This document shows, piece after piece, positions 36,515-44,289 of a stretch of 44,289 nucleotides of DNA; positions within the stretch are counted from its first letter, which is position 1, and the number at the start of each line of letters is the position of its first letter. The stretch is from Pricia sp. (GTDB lineage: Bacteria; Bacteroidota; Bacteroidia; Flavobacteriales; Flavobacteriaceae). The notes beneath the pieces were generated by a model, which searched no databases, was not told the origin of the DNA, and was given only the letters and a program-made list of their open reading frames with translations. The DNA lies in assembly GCA_035705395.1 (NCBI GenBank), contig DASSWC010000243.1:1-44289 (forward strand), read 5' to 3'. The translations under genes and the position numbers were made by a program.

Positions 36515-38410
36515 ATGAGCGAATATCAAAGAAGTATGTCCTTGGCAGGAGAACCGCCAAAGGCCCTTAGCACGCAACAGAAGATCGCAACCTTCATCGG
36601 CATTTGCGGTCTCGCCGTTCTTTTCGCCGCCATGTTCAATGTCAATTTCCCGAACAAGGGCGTCTGGCTGACCTTGTCCCTCGCCGCCATTACCATGGGC
36701 ACGGTTTGGTTCGCGAAGGATGCTTATCTGGGCAAGCACGAAGGCATTAAGAACGATGGGGTATATTTTAAATCCATTTCTTCCCGTGGCCTTTGGGCCT
36801 GGATCTTTGGAATCGCGATGACCCTTTTCTACGTGGCACTCTATTGGTTTCCCGAATATCTCGGACTGGTCAGGGATGGCGACAATCGAGGGGTCATTGC
36901 GCTGTTCGACCCCTTGAGCAAAATGCTGAGCGGCAATCCTGCCAGCCAATGGTTTCTATACGGCACGCTATATACCTTGGCCATTCTAGCGTTCGGTATC
37001 AAATTTATCTGGAAATACCGCCACAATCGTTACGAAATCCTGCGTACGGTATCCGTTATGTTCTTTCAACTCAGCTTTGCCTTTATCATCCCCGAAATTA
37101 TGCTGCGATTGAACCAACCCTACTACGATCTTAAAAACATCTGGCCCTTGAACTATGACCTGTTCGCCGGGTACAAGATCAACGAATTCCTGAACGCGGG
37201 CAATATAGGGCTTATCATGCTGATTTTCGGAGTGCTTTCCATCTTCGTCATCACCCCTATCCTGACCTATAAATACGGAAAAAGATGGTACTGCAGTTGG
37301 GTGTGTGGATGTGGCGGATTGGCGGAAACGGCCGGCGACCCGTTCCGGCATTTGAGCGACAAGAGCATGGTGGCCTGGAAGGTCGAGCGATGGGTGGTAC
37401 ACAGTGTCGTGGTTTTCGTCACGGTCATGACCGTGGCCGTTGTGTTCTCCTTTTTAAGGGGTAATGAATCGCAGTCGATTTCAAAATGGAGCCCTCTTGA
37501 CAACAAGGTGGTCGTTATAAGCGACCCGGATGGAAAACCGATCGGCGAACGTATCCTGGCAGCCCAGCAAGCAGGTGCAAAAAGTGTAGTATTCCTGCAC
37601 AAAGACGGCTCCAAAGAACCACCTAGCATCGAAAAAACGGAAGGTATCACCATCGCGTATGGTGTGATACCCGAACAAAACAACACGTCGGTCTTAAAGC
37701 GGGTGGCTGCCGGTAAGGATGCCGCATTGACCGACGTGAACGGTAGCAGCTTCGTCGTTGAAAAAGGCAGTGAAATCAAGGTGTACGATAACCTCTGGCT
37801 TTCCAAGGAGGCCTTTATCTGGGCGTTCATTACCATTTTGACGGCCGTTTTTCTATGGGTGATGCTGTTCAAGCGAAAGGCGCTCGCCAAGGATGCCCAA
37901 TACGGGGCTATTGGGTATTTTACGGTAGTAATGTCCATTCTGTTGTTCACCTATTTCAGCAGTCCGGGGCAATTGTTCCTGTTCCCCGATTACGAACTGA
38001 GAAAGGCATACGGCTTTGTCATCGGGGCGATGTTCAGCGGGGTCATTGGCGTAGGTTTCTACCCGATTTTCGGAAGTCGGGTCTGGTGCCGTTTCGGTTG
38101 TCCCATGGCGGCGATCCTGGGCTTCCAGCAACGCCTGCTCTCCAAATTCCGCATTACGACGAACGGCGGACAATGCATTTCGTGCGGCAATTGCTCGACC
38201 TATTGCGAGATGGGAATCGATGTACGCGCCTATGCCCAAAAGGGCGAAAATATCGTCCGCTCCAGCTGTGTGGGCTGTGGTATCTGTTCGGCGGTATGTC
38301 CGCGTGGGGTATTGAAACTTGAGAACGGGCCATTGAGGAATCGTATTGACGGCAACGAAATTTTGTTGGGCAACGATGTGGACCTGATGCGTTTGGTGAA
38401 CAAGAAATAA
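36515..38410 (+). CDS. Polytopic membrane 4Fe-4S protein (NosR/RdxA/NapH-like) with PA-like insertion
   Basis: RWYCSWVCGCG and RVWCRFGCP motifs; C-terminal CISCGNCSTYCEM and CVGCGICSAVCP dicluster. Confidence 0.9.
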   Translation: MSEYQRSMSLAGEPPKALSTQQKIATFIGICGLAVLFAAMFNVNFPNKGVWLTLSLAAITMGTVWFAKDAYLGKHEGIKNDGVYFKSISSRGLWAWIFGIAMTLFYVALYWFPEYLGLVRDGDNRGVIALFDPLSKMLSGNPASQWFLYGTLYTLAILAFGIKFIWKYRHNRYEILRTVSVMFFQLSFAFIIPEIMLRLNQPYYDLKNIWPLNYDLFAGYKINEFLNAGNIGLIMLIFGVLSIFVITPILTYKYGKRWYCSWVCGCGGLAETAGDPFRHLSDKSMVAWKVERWVVHSVVVFVTVMTVAVVFSFLRGNESQSISKWSPLDNKVVVISDPDGKPIGERILAAQQAGAKSVVFLHKDGSKEPPSIEKTEGITIAYGVIPEQNNTSVLKRVAAGKDAALTDVNGSSFVVEKGSEIKVYDNLWLSKEAFIWAFITILTAVFLWVMLFKRKALAKDAQYGAIGYFTVVMSILLFTYFSSPGQLFLFPDYELRKAYGFVIGAMFSGVIGVGFYPIFGSRVWCRFGCPMAAILGFQQRLLSKFRITTNGGQCISCGNCSTYCEMGIDVRAYAQKGENIVRSSCVGCGICSAVCPRGVLKLENGPLRNRIDGNEILLGNDVDLMRLVNKK

Positions 38411-38411
38411 G

Positions 38412-39122
38412 ATGGCCGATAGCACAAAGAAGCATCCCGACATCAAGGTAATCATCCCCGCTTTCAACGAGGCCGATTCCATCGCGGAGGTCATCGGTGA
38501 CCTTCCCGATTTCGTTTCCGAAATAATAGTGGTCAACAATAATTCTTCCGACAAGACCTTCAGGAACGCCCAATCGGCAGGAGCTACCGTATTGAACGAG
38601 GAAAGAAGGGGGTATGGATACGCCTGCCTAAAGGGAATGGATCACATCGCCCGGCAATCCAAACCGCCGGATATTATCGTATTTATCGACGGAGACTATT
38701 CCGACTATCCGGAAGAGCTGAACAAGGTGGTAGCCCCCATCTTGGATAAGGACTATGATTTGGTAATCGGGGCGCGGGTAGAACGGCTACGGGAAAAAGG
38801 CAGTATGACGCCCCAGCAGGTTTTCGGCAATTGGTTGGCTACTTTATTGATGAAATGGTTCTTTGGGGGCACATTTACCGACCTTGGCCCGTTTAGGGCT
38901 ATAAAATATGACAGGCTGTTACGCCTCGGAATGGAGGACAAGACCTATGGCTGGACGGTTGAAATGCAATTGAAGGCCATAAAAAGAAACCTAAGATACA
39001 CCGAAGTGGCAGTGCATTACAGGAAAAGAATCGGCGTCTCAAAAGTGTCCGGTACGGTAAAAGGTAGTATATTTGCTGGCATAAAAATATTAGGTTGGAT
39101 TTTTAAATACAGTGTCAAATGA
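38412..39122 (+). CDS. GT2 glycosyltransferase, polyprenol-phosphate sugar synthase (DPM1-like)
   Basis: IIPAFNE, RGYGYA, DGDYSD, IGAR, TDLGPFRA, RIGVSKV. Confidence 0.9.
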   Translation: MADSTKKHPDIKVIIPAFNEADSIAEVIGDLPDFVSEIIVVNNNSSDKTFRNAQSAGATVLNEERRGYGYACLKGMDHIARQSKPPDIIVFIDGDYSDYPEELNKVVAPILDKDYDLVIGARVERLREKGSMTPQQVFGNWLATLLMKWFFGGTFTDLGPFRAIKYDRLLRLGMEDKTYGWTVEMQLKAIKRNLRYTEVAVHYRKRIGVSKVSGTVKGSIFAGIKILGWIFKYSVK

Positions 39123-39204
39123 ACCATTTCCATTTTTTTTTTGAAATGGCTAAAGTAGTATCGGAAGATTATATTGAGCTCTTTATACAGTAGATGAAAT
39201 TATT

Positions 39205-40689
39205 ATGGGATTATTGGTTTCTTATATCATACTCGCCATTTACAGCGTAGCCTTATTGCTGATTTTCTTTTACAGTTTGGCCCAATTGAACCTCTTGGTT
39301 AACTATTTGGGCTACAAACGCCGCAACCAGACCGCCCCGAAATTCAACCTGCTCGACCCTAAGGAAATTCCCTTTGTTACGATACAGCTACCCGTGTATA
39401 ATGAGGAATATGTGATGGAGCGCCTCTTGGAGAACATTGCAAAGATCGAATATCCTAAAAGTAAACTCGAAATCCAGGTCTTGGACGACTCCACCGATGA
39501 TTCGGTGGTCGACACCGCTAAATGGGTGCGCGAACTGCAGGAAACGGGACTCGACATACAACATATACGCCGCACAAACCGCCAAGGTTTCAAGGCAGGT
39601 GCCCTTAAGGAAGGATTGGAAATCGCCAAAGGGGAATTCGTCGCCATCTTCGATGCCGACTTTCTGCCCGATAGCGATTGGCTGAAAAAAACGGTGGTCT
39701 ATTTCAAAGACCCGGAAATCGGGGTCGTACAGACCCGATGGGGACATATCAACCGGGATTATTCCACCTTGACCCGTATTCAGGCCTTTGCCCTTGATGC
39801 CCATTTTACGTTGGAGCAGGTCGGCCGTAATGCCAAGGGCCATTTTATCAATTTCAACGGTACCGCGGGAATTTGGCGCAAGCAATGCATTCTCGATGCC
39901 GGCAACTGGGAAGGCGATACACTGACCGAAGACCTGGACCTGAGCTACCGTGCACAACTGAAAAATTGGAAATTCAAATATCTGGAGGATGTGGAGACAC
40001 CCGCCGAACTGCCCGTGGTCATCAGCGCGGCCCGTTCGCAGCAGTTCCGGTGGAACAAGGGCGGAGCCGAGAATTTCCGGAAGTCCGTTATGAGCGTGGT
40101 ATCGGCCAAGAACATATCCTTTAAAACAAAGTTCCATGGCGTGATGCATTTGCTGAACAGTTCGATGTTTTTGTGCGTTTTCCTGGTTTCCATTCTCAGT
40201 ATCCCTGCCATGTACATAAAACAGCTCTATCCGCAGTTCGATGTGGTATTTTCGCTGCTTAGTTTCTTCGTGTTGAGCACCATTATCCTGTTCGTCTGCT
40301 ATTGGTTTACCTATAAGAGCATCCAGGGCAGCAGCTTTGACCATTTTGTAGACTACATCAAGCTCTTTTTTACCTTTTTCTCGGTGGCCCTGGGATTTTC
40401 ACTGCACAATTCCATTGCCGTATTGGAAGGCCATATGGGCAAGCGCAGCGAATTTGTACGCACCCCGAAATTTAACCTCAACAACCTTACCGACTCCTGG
40501 AAAGGCAATAAATACCTGGCCAAAAAGCTATCGCCGAATATGATTCTTGAGGCGATGCTGATGCTGTATTTCCTGTTCGGCATGTACAGTGCCATTCCCC
40601 TGAACGATTTCGGGCTCTTTCCGTTTCACTTGATGCTGTTCGTCGGGTTCGGCTTTGTATTCTTTAAGTCCCTGACGGCGCGGGCTTGA
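39205..40689 (+). CDS. Membrane GT2 of the cellulose-synthase-like family (CslA/CslC-like)
   Basis: IQLPVYNE, QVLDDSTD, GFKAGAL, IFDADF, FNGTAGIWR, TEDLDL, QQFRW (D,D,D,QxxRW), FVRTPK; TM helices at both ends. Confidence 0.92.
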   Translation: MGLLVSYIILAIYSVALLLIFFYSLAQLNLLVNYLGYKRRNQTAPKFNLLDPKEIPFVTIQLPVYNEEYVMERLLENIAKIEYPKSKLEIQVLDDSTDDSVVDTAKWVRELQETGLDIQHIRRTNRQGFKAGALKEGLEIAKGEFVAIFDADFLPDSDWLKKTVVYFKDPEIGVVQTRWGHINRDYSTLTRIQAFALDAHFTLEQVGRNAKGHFINFNGTAGIWRKQCILDAGNWEGDTLTEDLDLSYRAQLKNWKFKYLEDVETPAELPVVISAARSQQFRWNKGGAENFRKSVMSVVSAKNISFKTKFHGVMHLLNSSMFLCVFLVSILSIPAMYIKQLYPQFDVVFSLLSFFVLSTIILFVCYWFTYKSIQGSSFDHFVDYIKLFFTFFSVALGFSLHNSIAVLEGHMGKRSEFVRTPKFNLNNLTDSWKGNKYLAKKLSPNMILEAMLMLYFLFGMYSAIPLNDFGLFPFHLMLFVGFGFVFFKSLTARA

Positions 40690-40806
40690 TTTTGTAGCCA
40701 TGTCTTACCTCACGTCCTTAAGCATAGAATCCGAAAGGACACATCCTATTTGAACAACCCAGAGACGGATTAGCAGTTTTTGAAGTAATTGCCACAAAAC
40801 TCCTAA

Positions 40807-40834
40807 ATTAGTCCGATGATAACCTCGGACTAAT
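40807..40834. other. Perfect 10-bp hairpin ending 1 nt before the GT87 start codon
   Basis: ATTAGTCCGA-TGATAACC-TCGGACTAAT. Confidence 0.75.
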
Positions 40835-40835
40835 A

Positions 40836-42197
40836 ATGCCCAACAAGCTGACCACATTCTTAAAGTTGCACAAAGTTCCGTTGGCACTGGCCTTGTTGAG
40901 CCTCGTCTTTTACTACACCTTCGCCTACCACCTCGACCGAACCGATTTCATCAAATTGCTCACACTTTTTGCCGCACTGTTCTATCTGTGTCTACGTACC
41001 ATACAGTTTGAAAAATGGAACCTGAGGTTTCTTCTGGTGATCGGCATCCTTTTCCGGTTGGTGTTTCTGATGGCCGAGCCCAACCTTTCGCAGGATTTTT
41101 ACCGCTTTATTTGGGATGGCCATCTGGTCGCCAATTTCATTAATCCCTATTTGGAAGTCCCCGACGTGCTTATCAGCCAAAAAAATCTGATCATTCCCAA
41201 TGCCCGGGAACTGTACAGCGGGATGGGCGAACTGAGCGCAAAACATTACAGCAATTATCCACCCTTGAACCAGCTGCTTTTTGCCCTGGCGGCCTGGCTG
41301 GGCGGTAAAAGCATGATGGGTTCGGTACTGGTGTTGCGCAGCGGTGTTATTTTGGCGGATATCGGAGTCGTATATTTCGGAAGGAAACTGCTCAAACAGC
41401 TCAACCGCCCTCCCCACCTGATTTTCTGGTATTTTTTAAATCCGCTCATTATTATCGAACTTACCGGAAACCTTCATTTTGAGGGTGTAATGCTTTTCTT
41501 TTTTGTCTGGGCGCTATACCTGTTATCGCGGGAAAGATGGAGGCTGGCCGCAGTGCCCTACGCCCTCTCTATCTGTGCGAAATTGGTACCGCTATTGTTT
41601 TTGCCGCTTTTTTTAAAGCATCTGGGACTTAAACTAAGTTTCGTGTTCTACCTGCTGGTCGCCGTGGGTTGTACCGCCATCTTCCTTCCTTTTTATTCCC
41701 CCGATTCTCTCGGGAATTATTTCCAAACCGTCGGTCTTTGGTTCTCCAATTTCGAGTTCAATGCCGGTCTCTACAATGGCCTCAAACAAATTGCCATTGC
41801 CTCAGACGGCAAACCCTGGGAATTGATAAAGACCTACGGCGAAATCGTTCCGGTATTGACCCTTCTGGCCGTTTTGGGATTCACTTTTCTTCGCCAAAAT
41901 CAAAAATTGACCGTATTGCCGACTTCGATGCTGTGGGTGCTGACTACCTATTACTTACTGTCCGCCGTGGTGCATCCCTGGTATATCGTTTTTCTGGTCC
42001 TGCTTAGTGTTTTCACGCCATATCGGTTTGCCCTGCTTTGGTCATTGGTGGTCGTGCTTAGCTATTATGCCTATTCCAATCCCACTTTCAAGGAAAACCT
42101 ATGGCTTCTCGCAATTGAATATTTAGTCGTATATGGATTTATGATTTATGAAATCTTCAACGCAAAGCGGCAAAAACCGATTTTTCATAAAAATTAA
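40836..42197 (+). CDS. GT-C fold polyprenol-phosphate-sugar-dependent glycosyltransferase (GT87/DUF2029 mannosyltransferase-like)
   Basis: LSQDFYRFIWDG, NPY, YPP, NPL..E..GNLHFE, VHPWY, many TM helices. Confidence 0.88.
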   Translation: MPNKLTTFLKLHKVPLALALLSLVFYYTFAYHLDRTDFIKLLTLFAALFYLCLRTIQFEKWNLRFLLVIGILFRLVFLMAEPNLSQDFYRFIWDGHLVANFINPYLEVPDVLISQKNLIIPNARELYSGMGELSAKHYSNYPPLNQLLFALAAWLGGKSMMGSVLVLRSGVILADIGVVYFGRKLLKQLNRPPHLIFWYFLNPLIIIELTGNLHFEGVMLFFFVWALYLLSRERWRLAAVPYALSICAKLVPLLFLPLFLKHLGLKLSFVFYLLVAVGCTAIFLPFYSPDSLGNYFQTVGLWFSNFEFNAGLYNGLKQIAIASDGKPWELIKTYGEIVPVLTLLAVLGFTFLRQNQKLTVLPTSMLWVLTTYYLLSAVVHPWYIVFLVLLSVFTPYRFALLWSLVVVLSYYAYSNPTFKENLWLLAIEYLVVYGFMIYEIFNAKRQKPIFHKN

Positions 42198-42229
42198 AGC
42201 GTCCTTGCTGTCTTTTCGAGGTAATCCCG

Positions 42230-42237
42230 TACATTTG
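42230..42237 (+). promoter_or_regulatory. Promoter -7 box of the arg operon leader
   Basis: TACATTTG matches TAnnTTTG, 7 nt upstream of the leader ATG. Confidence 0.65.
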
Positions 42238-42244
42238 ACTTGCA

Positions 42245-42325
42245 ATGAAAGGACAAAGCAACATAAAACAGGTCATTGGTGCCCCAGCTACCATTCGTCC
42301 ATCTTCCACCCGCCTTCGCCCGTAA
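42245..42325 (+). CDS. Putative arg-operon leader peptide MKGQSNIKQVIGAPATIRPSSTRLRP
   Basis: 26-codon ORF directly after the promoter, all three Arg codons within the last nine codons, upstream of argA-like and argG. Confidence 0.6.
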   Translation: MKGQSNIKQVIGAPATIRPSSTRLRP

Positions 42326-42413
42326 GGGTATGTCCAATTTCCATGGAAATAGGTGAGTCCATTTCCGCACAGCTCCGAAAACTTTTTCTTTTTACCCATA
42401 ATCTACTATAGCA

Positions 42414-43031
42414 ATGAAAATTGTAATTGCTAACGAAACCCATTTTAAGTACGCCCAGATCATTTGCGACACCATAGCCGAATCGGCCAAGGTTCGTGGT
42501 ACGGGCATTGCCAAGCGTACCCCGGAATACATCCAAAAAAGATTACAGAACGGCAACGCGGTAATCGCACTTGACGGCGACAAATTCGCCGGCTTTTGTT
42601 ATATCGAGGTCTGGGGCCATGAAAAATTCGTGGCGAACTCGGGCCTTATCGTACATCCCGATTACCGAAACCAAGGTTTGGCCAAAAGGATAAAAAAGCG
42701 CATTTTCGAACTTTCCAGGGAAAAATTCCCCGATGCCAAGATCTTCGGAATCACGACCGGTCTGGCCGTGATGAAAATGAACTACGAGCTGGGCTATAGG
42801 CCGGTCACCTTCTCGGAACTGACCGACGACCCCGAATTCTGGAACGGCTGCCAGACCTGCAAAAATTACGACATACTGACCCGGACAGAACGTAAAATGT
42901 GCCTGTGTACCGGAATGCTATACGACCCCCACGCCAAACCCAGGACGGACGAAAAGAAAAAACCGGACGGGAAGACCTTTCAAAGGTTGAAGAGCATCAA
43001 GGAAAGTTTGTTTTTGAAGAAAAAAAAATAG
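42414..43031 (+). CDS. argA: GNAT acetyltransferase, probable Bacteroidota-type N-acetylglutamate synthase
   Basis: SAKVRGTGIAKR, ANSGLIV, FGITTGLAVMK, FWNGCQTC, CLCTGM; first gene before argG. Confidence 0.75.
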   Translation: MKIVIANETHFKYAQIICDTIAESAKVRGTGIAKRTPEYIQKRLQNGNAVIALDGDKFAGFCYIEVWGHEKFVANSGLIVHPDYRNQGLAKRIKKRIFELSREKFPDAKIFGITTGLAVMKMNYELGYRPVTFSELTDDPEFWNGCQTCKNYDILTRTERKMCLCTGMLYDPHAKPRTDEKKKPDGKTFQRLKSIKESLFLKKKK

Positions 43032-43040
43032 AATAAGGAG

Positions 43041-43121
43041 AAGGGAATATAGTTTCTTGCTCTTGTAGTGTAACGGATTTGTTTCTTTACCTCTCGCGCA
43101 AGGGAATTGTTTCTTTACCTC
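43041..43121 (+). repeat. Three imperfect 22-bp direct repeats between argA and argG
   Basis: AAGGGAATATAGTTTCTTGCTC (43041), AACGGATTTGTTTCTTTACCTC (43072), AAGGGAATTGTTTCTTTACCTC (43100). Confidence 0.65.
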
Positions 43122-43169
43122 CGTGACAGCAATTTTTTTCCCTATTTTTTAACCAGAACGTTTTATACT

Positions 43170-44289
43170 ATGAAAAAATTAGTTTTAGCCTATAGCGGGG
43201 GACTCGACACCTCGTACTGCGCCAAATACCTATCCAAGGAAAAAGGCTTTGAAGTCCACGCAGTGAGCGTTAACACCGGTGGATTTTCGGCGTCCGAAAT
43301 GGCTACGATCGAAGAAAAGGCGTTGCAACTGGGTGCCAGTTCGTACACCTCGATCGACGCCGTTCAGACCTTTTACGAAAAGGTCATCAAATTCTTGATT
43401 TTTGGGAATGTGCTGAAAAACAACACCTATCCCCTATCTGTCAGTGCGGAACGGATCGTGCAGGCCATCGAGATCGTCAACTACGCCAAGCGCGTAGGCG
43501 CACAGTACATCGCCCACGGCAGTACGGGCGCAGGGAACGACCAGGTCCGTTTCGACATGATTTTCCAGATTATCGCCCCCGAAATCGAAATCATCACCCC
43601 GATACGCGACAATACGCTTTCCCGGGAGGCCGAGATCGAATACCTCAAAAAAAATGGGGTGGACTATTCCTGGGAAAAAGCCAAATACTCCATCAACAAG
43701 GGATTATGGGGCACCTCGGTGGGCGGCGAAGAAACCTTGACCTCCGAAAAGCCCTTGCCCGATTCCGCCTATCCGAGCCAGTTACGGGAAAAAGAGTCCG
43801 TCCAGGTAAAATTGACTTTTGACCAAGGAGAACTGGTGGCCCTTGACGAACAAAAAGCCGATCCCGTCGAAAATATCATCAAATTGAATACGCTGGCCTC
43901 AAAATACGCCATTGGGCGCGACATCCACGTGGGCGATACCATTATCGGGATCAAGGGCCGGGTGGGGTTCGAGGCACCGGCTTCCCTGATCATTATAAAA
44001 GCGCACCACTTGCTGGAAAAGCACAACCTCGGCAAATGGCAACAATATCAAAAGGAACAGCTGGGCAATTTTTATGGGATGTTGCTACACGAAGGCAATT
44101 ATCTGGATGCGGTAATGCGGAATATCGAGGCCTTTTTGACCGATACCCAAAAAAACGTCTCCGGAGACGTCTATGTATCGCTCCACCCTTACCGCTTCGA
44201 GCTCAACGGAATCGTCTCGGAGCACGACCTGATGAACGCCTCCTTCGGCAGTTACGGGGAAATGAACAAAGGCTGGACGGCCGATGACG
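43170..44289 (+). CDS. argG: Argininosuccinate synthase, 3'-truncated by the window edge
   Basis: Hand translation from ATG 43170: MKKLVLAYSGGLDTS, HGSTGAGNDQVRF, GIKGRVGFEA; missing from the ORF track because there is no stop in the window. Confidence 0.96.
   Translation, partial: MKKLVLAYSGGLDTSYCAKYLSKEKGFEVHAVSVNTGGFSASEMATIEEKALQLGASSYTSIDAVQTFYEKVIKFLIFGNVLKNNTYPLSVSAERIVQAIEIVNYAKRVGAQYIAHGSTGAGNDQVRFDMIFQIIAPEIEIITPIRDNTLSREAEIEYLKKNGVDYSWEKAKYSINKGLWGTSVGGEETLTSEKPLPDSAYPSQLREKESVQVKLTFDQGELVALDEQKADPVENIIKLNTLASKYAIGRDIHVGDTIIGIKGRVGFEAPASLIIIKAHHLLEKHNLGKWQQYQKEQLGNFYGMLLHEGNYLDAVMRNIEAFLTDTQKNVSGDVYVSLHPYRFELNGIVSEHDLMNASFGSYGEMNKGWTADD

Noticed and set aside
39119-39204. Phase variation through the T10 tract (39133-39142) fusing an upstream micro-ORF to the GT2
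   Set aside because: A TGA at 39175 in the GT2 frame blocks any slipped fusion
29413-42197. Selenoprotein recoding in the TIGR04282-associated genes
   Set aside because: The ORFs look full length with no in-frame TGA interrupting a conserved domain
43041-43121. Mini CRISPR array (also considered for 33691-33826)
   Set aside because: The repeats are degenerate, spacers are under 10 bp or absent, and there are no cas genes

Overview
Chromosomal window from a Flavobacteriaceae (Bacteroidota) genome, judged from gene content, gene order and TAnnTTTG promoters. Bases 1-5003 are a visibly AT-richer accessory segment. It holds the 3' part of a Cu(+) P1B-ATPase, a truncated cytochrome-c-like ORF, a His/Met-rich outer-membrane protein, a mosaic of mobile-element debris (group II intron 3' end, internally deleted IS5-like transposase, half of an attC-like hairpin) and a divergent Fur regulator / TrxB-like oxidoreductase pair. 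Bases 5000-26550 are core backbone: prc, lpxB, NlpC/P60, comEC, POT transporter, DPP-IV, HMG-CoA reductase, GHMP kinase, PpiD/SurA-like PPIase, CNNM protein, lptC, TPR protein, outer-membrane protein, coaX and tRNA-Phe. Bases 26590-42197 carry a poorly understood region: MtnK-like kinase, GH32, TIGR04282/DUF2064 transferase with a purine nucleoside phosphorylase, amidase, lipoprotein, GNAT and GH113, then an operon of FAD oxidoreductase, membrane polyferredoxin with an inserted PA-like domain, Dol-P-Man-synthase-like GT2, plant-CslA-like GT2 and GT87. This last block is the best candidate for an undescribed system, a redox-linked beta-mannan or glycolipid pathway. The window ends with an Arg-containing leader peptide, an argA-like GNAT and partial argG. 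Three genes have diverged tandem duplications of their own 3' ends. All family assignments come from motif recognition by eye; no searches were run.
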